This document shows positions 35,736-50,054 of a stretch of DNA of 64,000 nucleotides, one piece after another. A program made the position numbers and the translations under genes. This DNA comes from Octopus sinensis. Lineage: Eukaryota. Within the stretch, counting starts at the first letter, position 1. The number at the start of each line of letters is the position of its first letter. The stretch spans positions 69,068,001 to 69,132,000 of the forward strand of contig NC_043006.1 in the NCBI RefSeq assembly GCF_006345805.1. The letters are read 5' to 3'. The notes beneath the pieces were generated by a model. The model was not told where the DNA came from. It searched no databases and saw only the letters and a list, made by a program, of their open reading frames with translations.

Positions 35736-35872
35736 TAGATGGCGGCGATAGTAATGATAATGTCGGTTCTTTGAATGAAATGTCCGTTTTGACTTGCGAC
35801 TAATACTGCAGGGACGGTGTTGTATTTCTGTTTGTTTTCCTGTCCTCTTTCCTTCTGCAGGGTGAGGCGGTT

Positions 35873-35921
<49 letters not shown>

Positions 35922-36237
35922 TGGGAGTGGGGGAGCACAAATACAAACAGATACGATGTGATTCCGTTGCCAAGTGTAAGAAGTGCGTTTTTTGTAAGAT
36001 TCCCAAATAAGCAACAAACAGAACTTGTGTAAACAATGGTTCCGTCATATGTCTGGGAGATGAAGGACCTTGCTGCCGAGCTCCGAGATATCAAGCTGTT
36101 TTTGTTTTTGTGTGACCTTTTATGAATGATTGAGGTACTCTTCGTTTAATAAGACCAGGTAAAAAGTTTGGTGAAATCATGAGAAGGGAGGTGATATTCC
36201 CGACTATAACTGAATCCTTGCCAAATAATTTCACCTC

Positions 36238-36254
36238 CCCTTTCCTTCTTTCCT

Positions 36255-36337
<83 letters not shown>

Positions 36338-36435
36338 CTCTTTCTTTCTTTCTTTCTTTCTCTCTTTCTTTCTTTCTTCTCTCTTTCTTTCTCTCTCTCT
36401 TTCTCTCTTTCTCTCTTTCTTTCTTTCTTTCTTTC
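36238..36435. repeat. (TTTC)n polypyrimidine microsatellite
   Basis: Direct inspection. Confidence 0.97.
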
Positions 36436-36544
36436 TCACATACGCACACACATACACACGCACATGCACGTAACTTGCATAAGTGAGATCGGTTTGGGTT
36501 ATTACCGGCTTGAGCCGATATCGGTCGGCTTAAATTAATAAGTA

Positions 36545-36748
36545 CCTCCTGGAAAGGTCTGCTTCTAAGTCATGTTTCGGGTCAGCGCTGACACCGTCGA
36601 GCAAAGGGTTTGCCGTTGGCTGAAATGTATCCGGGTGTTGGTGGTTTTGTCTGGATTTGTCCGGGTAAGGTTTGAATGTTGTGAGGTCTTTCTTCTATTT
36701 TAATTTCCTTCGGGATACTGTTGCAGAAGGCAGGACCATTTGCGGTGT
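36545..36748 (-). mobile_element. LINE 3'-terminal fragment (CR1/L2-like)
   Basis: NGPAFCNSIPKEIK...QTKPPTPGY resembles the GPxLFNxLPxxI...PxxPGY C-terminus. Confidence 0.6.
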
Positions 36749-36759
36749 ATACACACACA

Positions 36760-36827
<68 letters not shown>

Positions 36828-36989
36828 TCACACACACACACACACACACGTACATACATGTGTGTATCACGGTACTACCCCCTTATGCAGCACGATGTTG
36901 TTGCTAAAACAATTTACAATGCCATCCGCAAAAAATACTGTCCTGAAGGACTACATCCAATGTGCTCTTGCTTATTTAAGTCATTGGAG

Positions 36990-37209
36990 CAGTGCTTTTC
37001 AAACTTTTTGCTGGAGCGGAACCCCCAAGGAAGCATTCCACTAGCTCGAGGAACCCATGTGCAATAATTTAATAGTGTTATGCACACATATCTGCACAGG
37101 AGAATTAAAAATTACTGCCGATTTTAGCAGTTTTGTAACTTCTTGCGGAACCCCCGGACTGTACTGGCGGAACCCTACGGTTCCGCGGAACCCTGGTTGA
37201 AAACCACTG
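36990..37209. mobile_element. hAT-type MITE (220 bp)
   Basis: TIRs cagtgcttttcaa / ttgaaaaccactg, repeated ggaaccc subterminal motifs, perfect 8-bp TSD cattggag. Confidence 0.93.
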
Positions 37210-38795
37210 CATTGGAGTATAGTTTCAAAGAGATTTAGCTGCTATTTCTAGCAGGTCGAGTGTTTCGTTTTATATTGGTGGTAATAGTGGTGTGGTGGTT
37301 GTGTGTAGCGGTGGGTGATTAGGTTCTACCAGTGGTTGTGCTTGTAATCCGTATAATTCTTCTGGCGGCGGCGGCGGCGGTGGTAGTGTGTGGACATCAG
37401 TAGTTAGTGGTGATGATGATGAGGCGTATTGTAAGTGATGGAGGGGACACAGCGAGGGGAGGTATTGGGAGCGACGGTAGTGAAGGGGGGATAGGTGGAG
37501 TGGGTGGAGTGTGTGCGTGAGCAGGGTTAACAGAAGAGGTGGGGTTAGGTTTGAAAATTAAGATTTGGCGAAAGGAGCTGGTAAATGAATTAATGAACAC
37601 ATAACAACATGCATACACATACATACTTACATACTTGCATTCATACACATGCACGTACACTCAAATACGTGCCTGCATGTATACACACATACTGGCATAT
37701 ACATAAACGCATATAATCACATACACATATACATACCAGCATGCAAACACACAGACACATATTTGCATGCATGTACACATACATATTATCACCTTCATGC
37801 CTACATATACCTACATACATATACTTACGCATTTATTGAGCTCATTTTATGTATATATGCATATACACGTACATACACTCACAAACAAACGCTTATATGC
37901 AAAGAAGGAAAGGTGAGATAATGGGGTATCTGAGTTTTTGTTGGTAATACCATAAACAGTAAATTTTGTTTTTATATCTTGGAACAGTGGATATCGAAGT
38001 ACATAAAAGTTACAAAGAATTGTATGGGAAAATTGAGTTGAAAAATCCTTTTGGATACAACCCCCCCCCCAAAAAAAAAACCCAAGAGTTCTTTCAATCC
38101 AATACTCAAGCTATTATTCATGTGATTCAAGATCCGACCTTAAAAATAAAATTATTTCACGTTCTCTGGTTAGTTTATAAATTAATTCTTACGACATCGA
38201 TTATAAACATTGCTTTTTCTGAGAAAAGTCCGTTTTGCGTACGTGCTGTCTCATTCGAAGGCAATTTGGTTAGTAGACAGAACAGTTTGAATAGTTAAGG
38301 AATGGTATGGTATGATTAAGGTTTAATAATGGTCCGTAATAATTTCTAAAGCTGCATCCTCAATTACATACGGTTGGTGGCGTATGTTTGTCTAATTGAA
38401 GAAACAGTCGAATTTCGTTCTAACTGAACAACTTTCACTGAAAAAAAAAAATTATATACATCCAGTGAGTGTGTGTATGTATGTGAAGTAAATAGTTATT
38501 TTAGCTGGTTTGAAGATAACAGCTACTATAGAAAGACTCTCGCGTACAGGTGTATGTATGATATAAAGCAATTTTAAACCTTAGTCACATGATTAATCAA
38601 CATACTTGCCTATTTAAAGTTCTGCATACATTTGTATACATTAGAACGTTCAAACATACAGTGATTCATACATTAATAATATGTATTAACATAGGTGCAT
38701 TAGGCTATGTAACAACAGGTTTGCACAAAAGCCTAGAAATGCTTGGTTTCTTCAAAAATAAATAAATAAATAAAACCCCGCATTCTCCGAATATA

Positions 38796-39043
38796 ATCAT
38801 CATCATCGTTTAACGTCTGTTTTCCATGCTGGCATGGGTTGGACGGTTCGACTGGAGTCTAGGAAGCCAGGAGGCTGCACCAGGCTCCAGTCTGATCTGG
38901 CAGTGTTTCTACAGCTGGATACCCTTCCTATCGCCAACCACCCCGAGAGTGTAGTGGGTGCTTTTTTACGTGCCACCGGCACAGGGGCCAGAGGGAGCTG
39001 GCATCGACCAAGATCGGATGGTGCTTTTTACGTGCCACCGGCA
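38796..39043 (-). mobile_element. SINE family C
   Basis: Same sequence as 26718-26906 plus a duplicated ggtgctttttacgtgccaccgg. Confidence 0.88.
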
Positions 39044-39395
39044 GTGAGTCCAGTGATTCTCCATTTGCTTTATCTGGGCTGAACGCTTGTACACAATTAC
39101 ATGTCTATATGAAATGCGTACTGGGTGCACTCTCATACTTGTAAAACACGCGCATGCGTAAACAGTAGTGAAGCATTCAAAGTTGTGTATTAAAGTGACA
39201 TGAACACCCTATACACAAGTGCAAATTTATCCAGACTCTCAGTAATAGATGCTCATACTAACCAGTTCAGAAACCCGCAGACGCCAAGCGCTATCTTGAC
39301 TTACAAAAGTGAGCCTTGTCACCTTTTTAGCGATCGGCTTCAAATCTGCAATAAAGGAAAATTAAATAAATCTAAAAAAAAACCCCCCACACACA

Positions 39396-39555
39396 GTATT
39401 TTAACGTGTATAAGGAACCCTTTTTTGTCAAAAATTAGGTCACAAAAATATGGGGGTTTCTTATATTATGGATAGTATTATAATCCCTTACAAAACCTTT
39501 TTTTCCAAATTTTAAGCCCCTAAAATTAAGGGGTTCCTTATACACGTTAAAATAC
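39396..39555. mobile_element. MITE with 25-bp perfect TIRs (Tc2/pogo-like terminus)
   Basis: gtattttaacgtgtataaggaaccc at 39396-39420 and its reverse complement at 39531-39555. Confidence 0.85.
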
Positions 39556-40520
39556 GATACGTCTTGAGCTTCATCAATGTATCGTTTTAGCCCCAAGTCA
39601 GCCGACAAATAATCAAAGATGTTTTAGCTGTGGCTAACCTCTATCTTTTATGTAGGCGCAATGTGAGGACTACTTTATTTAACTTGTAGAGTACTAGGTA
39701 ATATTAGTAGCAAAAGTTGTGGTTGATCTAGTAAACCTGTGGCTAAAACCGATCTAACCAAGAACCATTCATGTACTTGATTATTCTAGATGTAGAATAA
39801 CATCACCCAACACGTTTCTCATTTCAAGACAGGATAATTTGAGGGAGATTTTACCACTTCACCTAACTGGTCGAGCAACCATTTAGAGAGTACACGCTAA
39901 TTGGAATTTATTTGTAGTTAAGTTCATAGCTTTTAATAATTTAGAACAGATGAATTCTTGCTGACTATCTTACGATTAATGAAATAACTAAATATTAGTG
40001 AATACAATATAGTTAACCGAAGGTTAGTAACAAAGTATAGATGACTAACCAAGGATTACCGAATTAAATACTGACCAACAAGATGAATTAATGAAATACA
40101 GTCGACTAACAGTGAAGACATAATGCAAAAATTAACATCATTGTGACGCTCGTTGACAGAAAAGACAGTACAAGTGACTTTGACGTTTCGGACGTTAGAA
40201 TTTAGACAAAGAGAGACGTGTAGAGAAACGGGGAAAGTCGCTGTAATGAAAAAAAAGCGTTTTAGTTTGGGCCATGGTGTGTGTGCGTGTGTGCATACAT
40301 ATATATAGATATGTATATGCACATATATGTAAATAATGTATGTGTGTGTGTTCAATTAGGTTTAACAATTTCGTGTGCGCTCGGACGAAGAAAGACCGCG
40401 GAAATGCGACAGGCTCTCTTACTATAGTTAAACTGTCTTTCCACATCCGAGCGTAGCGGACGTGTGACATATACATACATACATACGTGTGAGTATATGT
40501 GCACGTGTATGTATGTATGA

Positions 40521-40567
<47 letters not shown>

Positions 40568-41058
40568 AATAGATAGATGTATTCTCGAATTCGCACACAT
40601 ACACATAATGAGGGGTGTGTCTCCCGGCGGCTTATCCTAAAACATCAGGACTACTGATGTTGAAATTGTCACTGCTAATAAGACAAGACTGAATTCCTTC
40701 AGAGTTTTGTTAATAACAGAAAGGAAATGAAGCTGGAATAGCATTTATTATAGTATGTTGTTGAGGGGCTTGATGGTGGTGGGTGTGTGTATAGTGTTGA
40801 GAGAGTTGCAGTGTTTAGTTTGTGTGTGTGTGTGTGTATATATTATATATATATATATTTATATATATTGATGCAGACAGCACGATATCAAAGTAGAAGG
40901 ATCGGGGTAGCGGCGTTGTGTGTGTGTAAAGTAGATCCTACCTCTGTATAAGACCCCGAACTCGCCGTCTACTGTGTCACAGAGAACATTAAGTTGCTTT
41001 TATGTAGGTAAATTGGAAGAGACAGGACAAATATCTTTATGGAGATTTGCCAGCAGCA

Positions 41059-41225
41059 GGCTGGCTCATTTGTGTATAGGGGTGTACGGTTTGCTTGGCA
41101 GATTGGTTCATTTATGAATAAGGGCGAGTTGTTTGGTTTAGCTTAGTTCATTTCTGGATAGGGGTTTATGATTTGGTGAACAGACTGGGTCATTTGTAGA
41201 TAGGGGGTGTAAGGTTTGTGTGGCA
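41059..41225. repeat. Degenerate ~42-bp minisatellite, 4 units
   Basis: Units of 42/40/42/43 bp sharing g.ctgg.tcattt.tg.ata.ggg.gt..ggttt. Confidence 0.7.
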
Positions 41226-41457
41226 CTTTGGTTTCAATTGTACATGGTTTTGTTGATAGTGATGTGATGGTTGGTCTGATGAGCGGCTTCTGTCCTTGTT
41301 TGTCCCCCTCTATTTTGGGCCCTTGTGGCTAGAACGGCTTGGTGAGTTTGGGGTTGAGTTTGTTATTGTAGTATTACTGATGTGGGAGTATTATGTTTGG
41401 GGTAATATTTGTTGTGGTGTTTGTAATGTGTGAGCTCCAGTTGTATGGGTTACCTGT

Positions 41458-41785
41458 AATAATGGTTTCAAATTTTGGCACAAGTCCAGCAATTTCAAGG
41501 GAGGCAGTAAGTCGATTACATCGACCCCAATTCTCAAATGGTACTTATTTTATCGACCCCGAAATGGATGAAAGGCAAAGTGGATCTCGACAGAATTTGA
41601 ACTCAAAACATAAAGACGGTCGAAATGCCGCTAATCATTTTGCCCGGTGTGCTAATGATTCTGCTAGCTCGCCGCCTGTAATATTGTCAACCTCGGCGGA
41701 ATTTGAACTTAGAACGTAAAGACAGACGAAATTCCGCTAAGCATTTCGCTCGACGTGCTAACGTTTCTACTAGCTCGCCATCTTG
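41458..41785 (-). mobile_element. SINE family A' with an extra duplicated head
   Basis: Head motif twice (41600-41675 and 41690-41785). Confidence 0.78.
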
Positions 41786-42546
41786 GTTGCCTGTAATATT
41801 ATAGACTGTGGTGTACTTATCTGGACTGGTGACGGTGTGAGAATATGGGATGTAGTGATGTTTTATGTTGGTGTTGTTGATGTGAACTAAGGTTGTGGTA
41901 GACCTAGCGCATGGCAGTTGTTGCAGTAGTTAGTGTCTAGTGTTTTCGCAGTTAAGATAGTAGTGCCTTCTGTAGGTAATAGAAATGAGACAAACCATTA
42001 TTTATATTGCATAAACTATAAAGGCTTTCTCTCTTCAGTGTGTAAAATGTGAAACAACATGCAAGTAAACCTATGTATGATATACAAGTATATAAAAGCA
42101 CTAGTTGAGCACTGGGAGTTGATGCAATCGATTTAACTACTCCTGGGTAAGAGTATAAAAATTGCACCCCTCTGCCAAGCCATGTCGAGCCAGTGTGGCA
42201 GAGTAGACTCATCAAACCAGTATGATTTCAAGTTCAACTTCACGGCCTCCACGGCAGAGAACATGCGAAGGCCTTCTTTCTGCAGTGGACTGAACATAGA
42301 TAGTCTAATCCAATCCAATAATATACATCATACATGTAAATATACAGCATCTAAAGAAAACGTGAATATGTACATGTCTGAACCGATTTCTCTCCAGTTT
42401 ATTGACAACGAAGGGAAACGTTTGGTGGTTGGAAGAATTGAAGTGAAATGACATAACCGTGACAGGAATCTTTCCTCGGTCTTTAATCTCCCTCAATTTA
42501 ACACACTTTCCTACCATCCTCGTTAATGCCGCACTTATATGTCAGT

Positions 42547-42883
42547 GTGAAGGCGCAATGGCCCAGTAGTTAGGGCAGTGGACTCGTAGTCATAGGATTG
42601 CGGTTTCGACTCCCAGACCGGGCGTTGTGAGTATTTATTGAGCGAAATCACCTAAAGCTCCACGAGGCTCCGGCAACGGGGTGGTGGCAAACCCTGTTGT
42701 GTTATTTCACCACAACTTTCTCTCACTCTTTCTTTCAGTTTCTGTTGTATCTGTATTTCAAAGGGCCAGCCTTGTCACACTCTGTGTCACGCTGAATCTC
42801 TCCGAGAACTACGTTGAGGGTACACGTATCTGTGGAGTGCTCAGCCACTTGCACGTTCATTTTACGAGCCGGCTGTTCCGTTG
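42547..42883 (+). mobile_element. tRNA-derived SINE, head shared with family F but different body
   Basis: gtgaaggcgc..tggcccagtagtt...ggtttcgactcccagaccgggcg matches the head at 11757. Confidence 0.7.
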
Positions 42884-43265
42884 AAGGCGGCGAGCTGGCA
42901 GAAACGTTAGCACGCCGGGCGAAATGCTTACCAGTATTTCGTCTGTCGTTACGTTCTGAGTTCAAATTCCATCGAGATCGACTTTGCCTTTCATCCTTTC
43001 GGGGTCGATTAAATAAGTACCAGTTACGCACTGGGGTCGATACAATCGACTTAATCCGTTTGTCTGTCCTTGTTTGTACTCTCTGTGTTTAGCCCATTGT
43101 GGGTAGTAAAGAAATAGGTATTTCGTCTGCCGCTACGTTCTGAGTTCAAATTCCGCCGAGGTTGACTTTACCTTTCATCCTTTTGGGGTCGGTTAAATAC
43201 TTGGGTCAATGTAATCGACTAACTCCCCTCCCCCAAAGTTCAGGCCTTGTGCTTATAGTAGAAGG
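42884..43265 (+). mobile_element. Family A dimer (head-A'' unit-A' unit)
   Basis: Junction gaaata|ggtatttcgtc at 43116/43117. Confidence 0.9.
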
Positions 43266-43524
43266 GCTATTGGGTATCTCATGTCTCATTTTTTAGAAGT
43301 ATATTCTTTGTAACGGGTGTTGCTGTTATTTTACTCTCGGGTCAACCCTAATTGATCACACTGATCAATGATATTCTAGCGGTGACCATCCCGAGTATTT
43401 TCAAAATAGTGTATCCGAGACATTATCCAATGTCTTTTTTTTTTGTCGAAAAAAGATAAAAAAGTAGACTGTCATTTGAAGAATATTGAGCTGCTATTTT
43501 TGTGTAGAATTGCAGGAGTACTCT

Positions 43525-43741
43525 TCTATTCTTTTACTTGTTTCAGTCAGTTGACTGTGGCCATGCTGGAGCACCGGCTTTAGTCGAGCAAATCGACCCC
43601 AAGACTTATTCTTTGTAAGCTTAGTACTTATTCTATCGGTCTCTTTTGCCGAATCGCTGAGTTACGGGAACTTAAACACGCCAGCATCGGTTGTCAAGCG
43701 ATGTTGGGGGACAGACACACAAACACACACAAACACACACA

Positions 43742-43799
<58 letters not shown>

Positions 43800-43840
43800 C
43801 CCTCCCCACTCCCTCAAACACCCACCCACCCATCCATTAG

Positions 43841-43874
<34 letters not shown>

Positions 43875-45420
43875 CCCTAAGTAGTTATAATAGATGTAGG
43901 ATAATTAACAGGCATTTATTATGCTTGCCACAAGTATCCTACAAGCAAATCCGAAGACCTCGTTTTCGGTGACACGTTAATGCAGTGATTCCCGTTCCCG
44001 GCCATTTTATTTTTTTCACCTGTGGACTCCTTTATTTCTATTTTACTCGGGTGAACCCTGACAAACCATTCGATGTTACTACACTTTTATAATCATATAT
44101 TAGGAATTGGACGAAAAATTGCTGAAATATTTATTTTGTATAATGTAAGAAGTATAACCGGTTTATTATAGTTTTATTTGTTTCAGTCATTTGACTGCGG
44201 CCATGCTAGAGCACCGCCTTTAGTCGAGCAAATCGACCCCAAGACTTATTCTTTGTAAGCTTAGTACTTATTCTATCGGTCTCTTTTGCCGAATCGCTGA
44301 GTTACGGGAACTTAAACACGCCAGCATCGGTTGTCAAGCGATGTTGGGGGACAGACACACAAACACACACACACACATGCCCTAAGTAGTTATAATAGAT
44401 GTAGGATAATTAACAGGCATTTATTATGCTTGCCACAAGTATCCTACAAGCAAATCCGAAGACCTCGTTTTCGGTGACACGTTAATGCAGTGATTCCCGT
44501 TCCCGGCCATTTTATTTTTTTCACCTGTGGACTCCTTTATTTCTATTTTACTCGGGTGAACCCTGACAAACCATTCGATGTTACTACACTTTTATAATCA
44601 TATATTAGGAATTGGACGAAAAATTGCTGAAATATTTATTTTGTATAATGTAAGAAGTATAACCGGTTTATTATAGTTTTATTTGTTTCAGTCATTTGAC
44701 TGCGGCCATGCTAGAGCACCGCCTTTAGTCGAGCAAATCGACCCCAGGACTTATTCTTTCTATATATATATATGCTTCTTCCGGTTTACGTTTACCAAAT
44801 CCACTCACAAGGCCTTGGTCGGTTCGTGGTTATGGCAGAAGTCCGGAACCATGTGGTTGGGAAGCAAGCTTCTTACCCCACAGCCTATTTGCTCATAAAT
44901 TTTAACAACAAAATCTTATCTCAACCCACCAACTCCAAGGGTCAATATGGACCCTGAGTAAGAACCATTGCGCTAATTAATGTAAATTGACATTAGCAAT
45001 GGTTTCTGATCTTTTCTCTTCTCTCTTTTACTTGTTTCAGTAATTAGGCTGCGGCCACGCTGGAGCACCGGCTTTAGTCGAGCAAATCGACCCCAGGACT
45101 TATTCTTTCTATATATATATATGCTTCTTCCGGTTTACGTTACCAAATCCACTCACAAGGCCTTGGTCGGTTCGTGGTTATGGCAGAGTCCGGAACCATG
45201 TGGTTGGGAAGCAAGCTTCTTACCCCACAGCCTATTTGCTCATAAATTTTAACAACAAAATCTTATCTCAACCCACCAACTCCAAGGGTCAATATGGACC
45301 CTGAGTAAGAACCATTGCGCTAATTAATGTAAATTGACATTAGCAATGGTTTCTGATCTTTTCTCTTCTCTCTTTTACTTGTTTCAGTAATTAGGCTGCG
45401 GCCACGCTGGAGCACCGGCT
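43525..45420. repeat. Two successive near-identical tandem duplications bounded by SINE B tails
   Basis: 43575-44241 matches 44220-44745 (CA tract shortened), and 44722-45070 matches 45071-45420 with only single-base indels. Confidence 0.88.
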
Positions 45421-45575
45421 TGAGGAAATTTAGTTGAATGAATCAACCCTAATACTTTCTTTCTTTTTTTTTTATTTTGAATATCAGAGCCTTTTGCTGA
45501 ACCACTAAGTTGCGGGGACTTTACCACACCAACACCGGTTGTCAAGCGGTGGTAGGGGACAAACAGACACAAAGA

Positions 45576-45611
<36 letters not shown>

Positions 45612-45830
45612 CTCACTCACTCACTCACTCACACACACACACACACGTAAATATGTATATATGCGACGGACTTCTTTCAGTTTTCGCCTGTCAAATCCAC
45701 TCGGAAGGCTTTGGCCGGCCCGGACCTATAGTAGAAGACGCTTGTCCAAGGTGGCACGCAACGGGACTGAAACCCGGCACTATGTGGTTGGGAAACAAGC
45801 TTCTTACCATATAGCCACGCCTGTGCCTAA
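45421..45830 (-). mobile_element. SINE family B composite
   Basis: Tail, internal TC/CA microsatellite and head. Confidence 0.8.
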
Positions 45831-46227
45831 TGTTGACCTCATTATAATCATTGCGATAGAACTGCATCGTTTAATTAATTCCCCGTACTTTGCTGGTACT
45901 TTATTTTATCGGACTGAGAAAAAACAAAATTTGCTTTCGTCTGAAGCTGAATTCGGGACCTGACGCACAAGTGCTTCAAGGCATTTAATCTTTCGCTCAA
46001 CAAATTCTGCCTTCGACCCCAACCGTTTTCTGTCTTACTGCCAGTACCACACTAAACAGCAATAAGATGACGACATTAGATGATAGTAGTAGTAGTAGTA
46101 GTAGTAGTATCATTGTCGGTAGTGGTGATTGTATTGGTAGTGGTGTTAGTGTACTGTGCTAAGAAGTTGCAGTTTTAGTTTGTAAAAATCCCATAAGCTC
46201 ATACGGTCTTCTCAGTACGCGTGGTTT

Positions 46228-46232
46228 GTGTG

Positions 46233-46317
<85 letters not shown>

Positions 46318-46538
46318 GTACGCATGATATATATATGTTTATGTATATATATATGTATATATATGTATATATATATACATATATATATATACACACACAC
46401 ACACGATATATATATATGTTATGTATATATACATATATATATACACACACCACACGATATATATATGTTTATGTATATATATATTATATATGTATATATA
46501 TGTTTATGTATATATATGGTTATGTATTATATATATGG

Positions 46539-46575
<37 letters not shown>

Positions 46576-46824
46576 TATAATATATATATATATATGTATA
46601 TTATATATATTATATATATATATGTATATATATATATGTTATATATGTATATATATAGTGTATATATATATATGTATATATATATGTATATATATTATAT
46701 ATATATGTATATATATATATGTATATATATAGTATATATATATATGTATATATATGTATATATTATATATGTATATAATATATATATGTATATATATATA
46801 TGTATATATATGTATACTATATAC

Positions 46825-46869
<45 letters not shown>

Positions 46870-46879
46870 GTATTATATA

Positions 46880-46922
<43 letters not shown>

Positions 46923-47720
46923 ATATTATATGTATATATATATGTATATGGTATATATGTATATATATGTATATATATATATATGTATGTATATATATAT
47001 ATATATAATATGTATATATATATATATATATATGTATTTATATCTATATATATATGATATATATATATGTATATATATATATGTATATATATATATGTAT
47101 ATATATATATTGTATATATATATGTATTATATATATATGTATATATATATATGATATATATATATGTATATATATATATTGTATATACTTATATATGTAT
47201 ATATATATATGTATGTATATATATATATAGATGTATATATTATATATTATATAGTGTATTATATATATATAATATATATATAATATATATATATGTATAT
47301 ATATTATATATATATATGTATTATATAGATATATAATATGTAGATATATATATATATATGTATATATATATATGTATATATATATATGTATATATATATG
47401 ATATATTATATATATATATATAATATATGTATATATATATAGTATATATATATGTGTATATATATATGTATATGATAATATGTATTATATATATATATAT
47501 ATATATATAATATATGTATATTATATATGTATTATATAATATGTATATATATATATGTATATATATATATGTATATATATATATGTATATATATATATGT
47601 ATATATATATATATGTATATATATATGTTATATATATGTATATATATGTTATATATATATGTATATATATATATATATATATAGATATATGCATAAATAT
47701 AATATACATTCACACAAACG
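46228..47720. repeat. ~1.5-kb (TA)n-derived satellite with periodic G interruptions
   Basis: Direct inspection; source of the 308-aa I/Y ORF. Confidence 0.97.
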
Positions 47721-47871
47721 CGCATACACATATTTTTTAATTACCGATGGAGACGTTTGTGAATTTTATGGAAGTTGTTGAGTGTAACTGGAGTGGGTGG
47801 TGAATATAGAATGGTAGCGGCGGCAGTGACGCTGGTAGTAGTAAACACAGACACACACACACACACACACA

Positions 47872-47907
<36 letters not shown>

Positions 47908-48603
47908 AGAGTAGTGGTGGGTGGACAGGCGATACGGGAGAGTCAAGTCAACGGCGCCAAAATTCCACGGTAGAGAGAACCTGGGACTTAATTTCTGCCT
48001 TGGTACTGGTTGGAATGCTTTAGAGGTAGTAACAGCAGTGGCAGCAGCAGCAGTAGTAGTAGTAGTAATAGAGACGCCTTGGTAGTATTTATTGGATTAG
48101 AAGTGATTAATATTGTTGTTGTTGTTGTTGCGTTAATATTTTGTTGCACTGCTGGGTTTTTATGTTTAATAATTATTTCCTCCAAGTGTTGAGGTTGGTA
48201 GGGCAGGACTGGCTGCAGTTTGTCTTTTGGTTATTAGATCGACCCATTGCATGGCTGGTTCTGATTTTTATCGTCTCCTCCGGTGGGATGAAAGGGTTTA
48301 TAATGTTCCACCCTACGAGGGATTTTAACGTAGAAGTACGTAGCGGTACGGAATGTAAAACTAACACTAGGCACCTATTAAAATCACGCAACCTCCAATG
48401 AATTACACAAAGAGACGTTAAACGGGGGTGGGGAGCCTACAAGACGTTGGGGTCGGGCAAACCAGTTATATAAAAGATGTGTGTGTGAAAGATGTTATAC
48501 AATTAAGGACGGCTGTGAAGTTAAACATTTGTAGATTTTACGTTTTCCTCGTTTCAATCATTGACTGCGGCCATTTTGGGGTACCGCCATGAAGGGTTTA
48601 GTC

Positions 48604-48915
48604 CAGAGGTTCTCAGACATTTTGGGCCACCGCCCCTCTCATGGCCACATAATACCCCCGGCGCCCTACCCCCTATTTTTATGTGTGAATAAATATTTTA
48701 TATTTTACTAATCTATATATACTATGAATCATTTGATATTTAATATAACTTAATTTGTATACAATTTTATATATGTTTATAAATTATGACAATTCATTGC
48801 TTTCCTCCCATCGCCTCCTTTTTCTCTACTGTCCCTACCCCCTTAGGCACCAGCGACCGCCTTGACCGTCTCAACGTCCACCGGGGGGCGGTAGCGCCCA
48901 CTTTGAGAACCTATG
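48604..48915. mobile_element. hAT-type MITE inserted in a SINE B tail
   Basis: TIRs cagaggttctca / tgagaacctatg; perfect 8-bp TSD gtttagtc at 48596-48603 and 48916-48923. The flanks rejoin into a B tail. Confidence 0.9.
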
Positions 48916-50054
48916 GTTTAGTCGAACAAATCGATCCCAGAACTTATTAGCTTTTTTAAAGACTGACACTTCTTTGATCAGTCGCTTTTTGCCGAATTGC
49001 TAAGTTACAGGGATGTAAACTAACCAACTCTACATGTCAAGCGATGGCGGAGGACACGCACGCATGTACGCACGCACACACACATACATACATACACGTA
49101 CACACACACACACACACACACGATGTTCTTAATTTCCCTCTACTAAATACACTCACCTGGTGTGTAGTAAAAATCATAAACAAACACTAGCAATCAAATG
49201 GTTCCATCTTGTGTCTGTTGTAGGAGGATGTCGATTATAACGACCATTCTGTACTTGACTGGGTCTTTACTTTATTGCTGATACACCAGTACAAAATGTG
49301 TCACAAACTGGGTTTAAATGACGTATAAAGACAGGCAGACTTACGTTCGCGCGACACACTTATATACCTACATAAAAACAAATAAGAATTCACTCGTTAC
49401 TTTGAGCTCCGGGTTTTGGCATCTTGTACTCCGGTGCTACGTGTGTCCAGACAGATCCTAGGTTCTTATGATTCTATCGTTTAAGTATTCACTAATAAAT
49501 TTGGGTCCTGACTCCTTTTCAACCAGCAGAATATACCGTTCCTTCTGCTGCCAGGTCTTTTAGTAGATACTTGAGATTGTTGTTAGCGATTCCAACGACC
49601 ACGAATCTCATGCAATCCGGATGCCTATGTAAAGGGCTTTTCTTGAACTTGACTTCCGACTGTACTTATTTTTCAGTCTTATGACTCCTTTACTTCTTCA
49701 TTGTCCTTCCAATATTTTGCCACAGTTCTTCAACTATGCCACAAAGGTAACGATAAACTGTGTCACCCTCAGCAATGGCCCCTAGCCGTGTCTCTCGTAT
49801 TTTCTTTTTTCATATATTGTGTGGGGTGGTTTAAAAGTTTGAACGTCTTTCTTTCTTTTTTTTTTTTTTACATAAAGTACAAATAAAAACAATCCATTCA
49901 CACAGATACGAGAAACCACCACTTAGCAGAGATGGAGGGCAGCCCACCACTCTGCCCAACTTCCTTTATCAAGTCATCAAACTAAGTCCTCCAAAATAAA
50001 CATTGAGCAGTTTCTGTCTTAGTCGAGTAGTAAAGGGCCCTATGTTCTCTAGTG

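Noticed and set aside
46228-47154. 308-aa ORF and the many other I/Y-, C/V-, H/T- and R/E-rich ORFs in the track
   Set aside because: Pure translations of TA, TG, CA and GA microsatellites; frames lack stops for compositional reasons.
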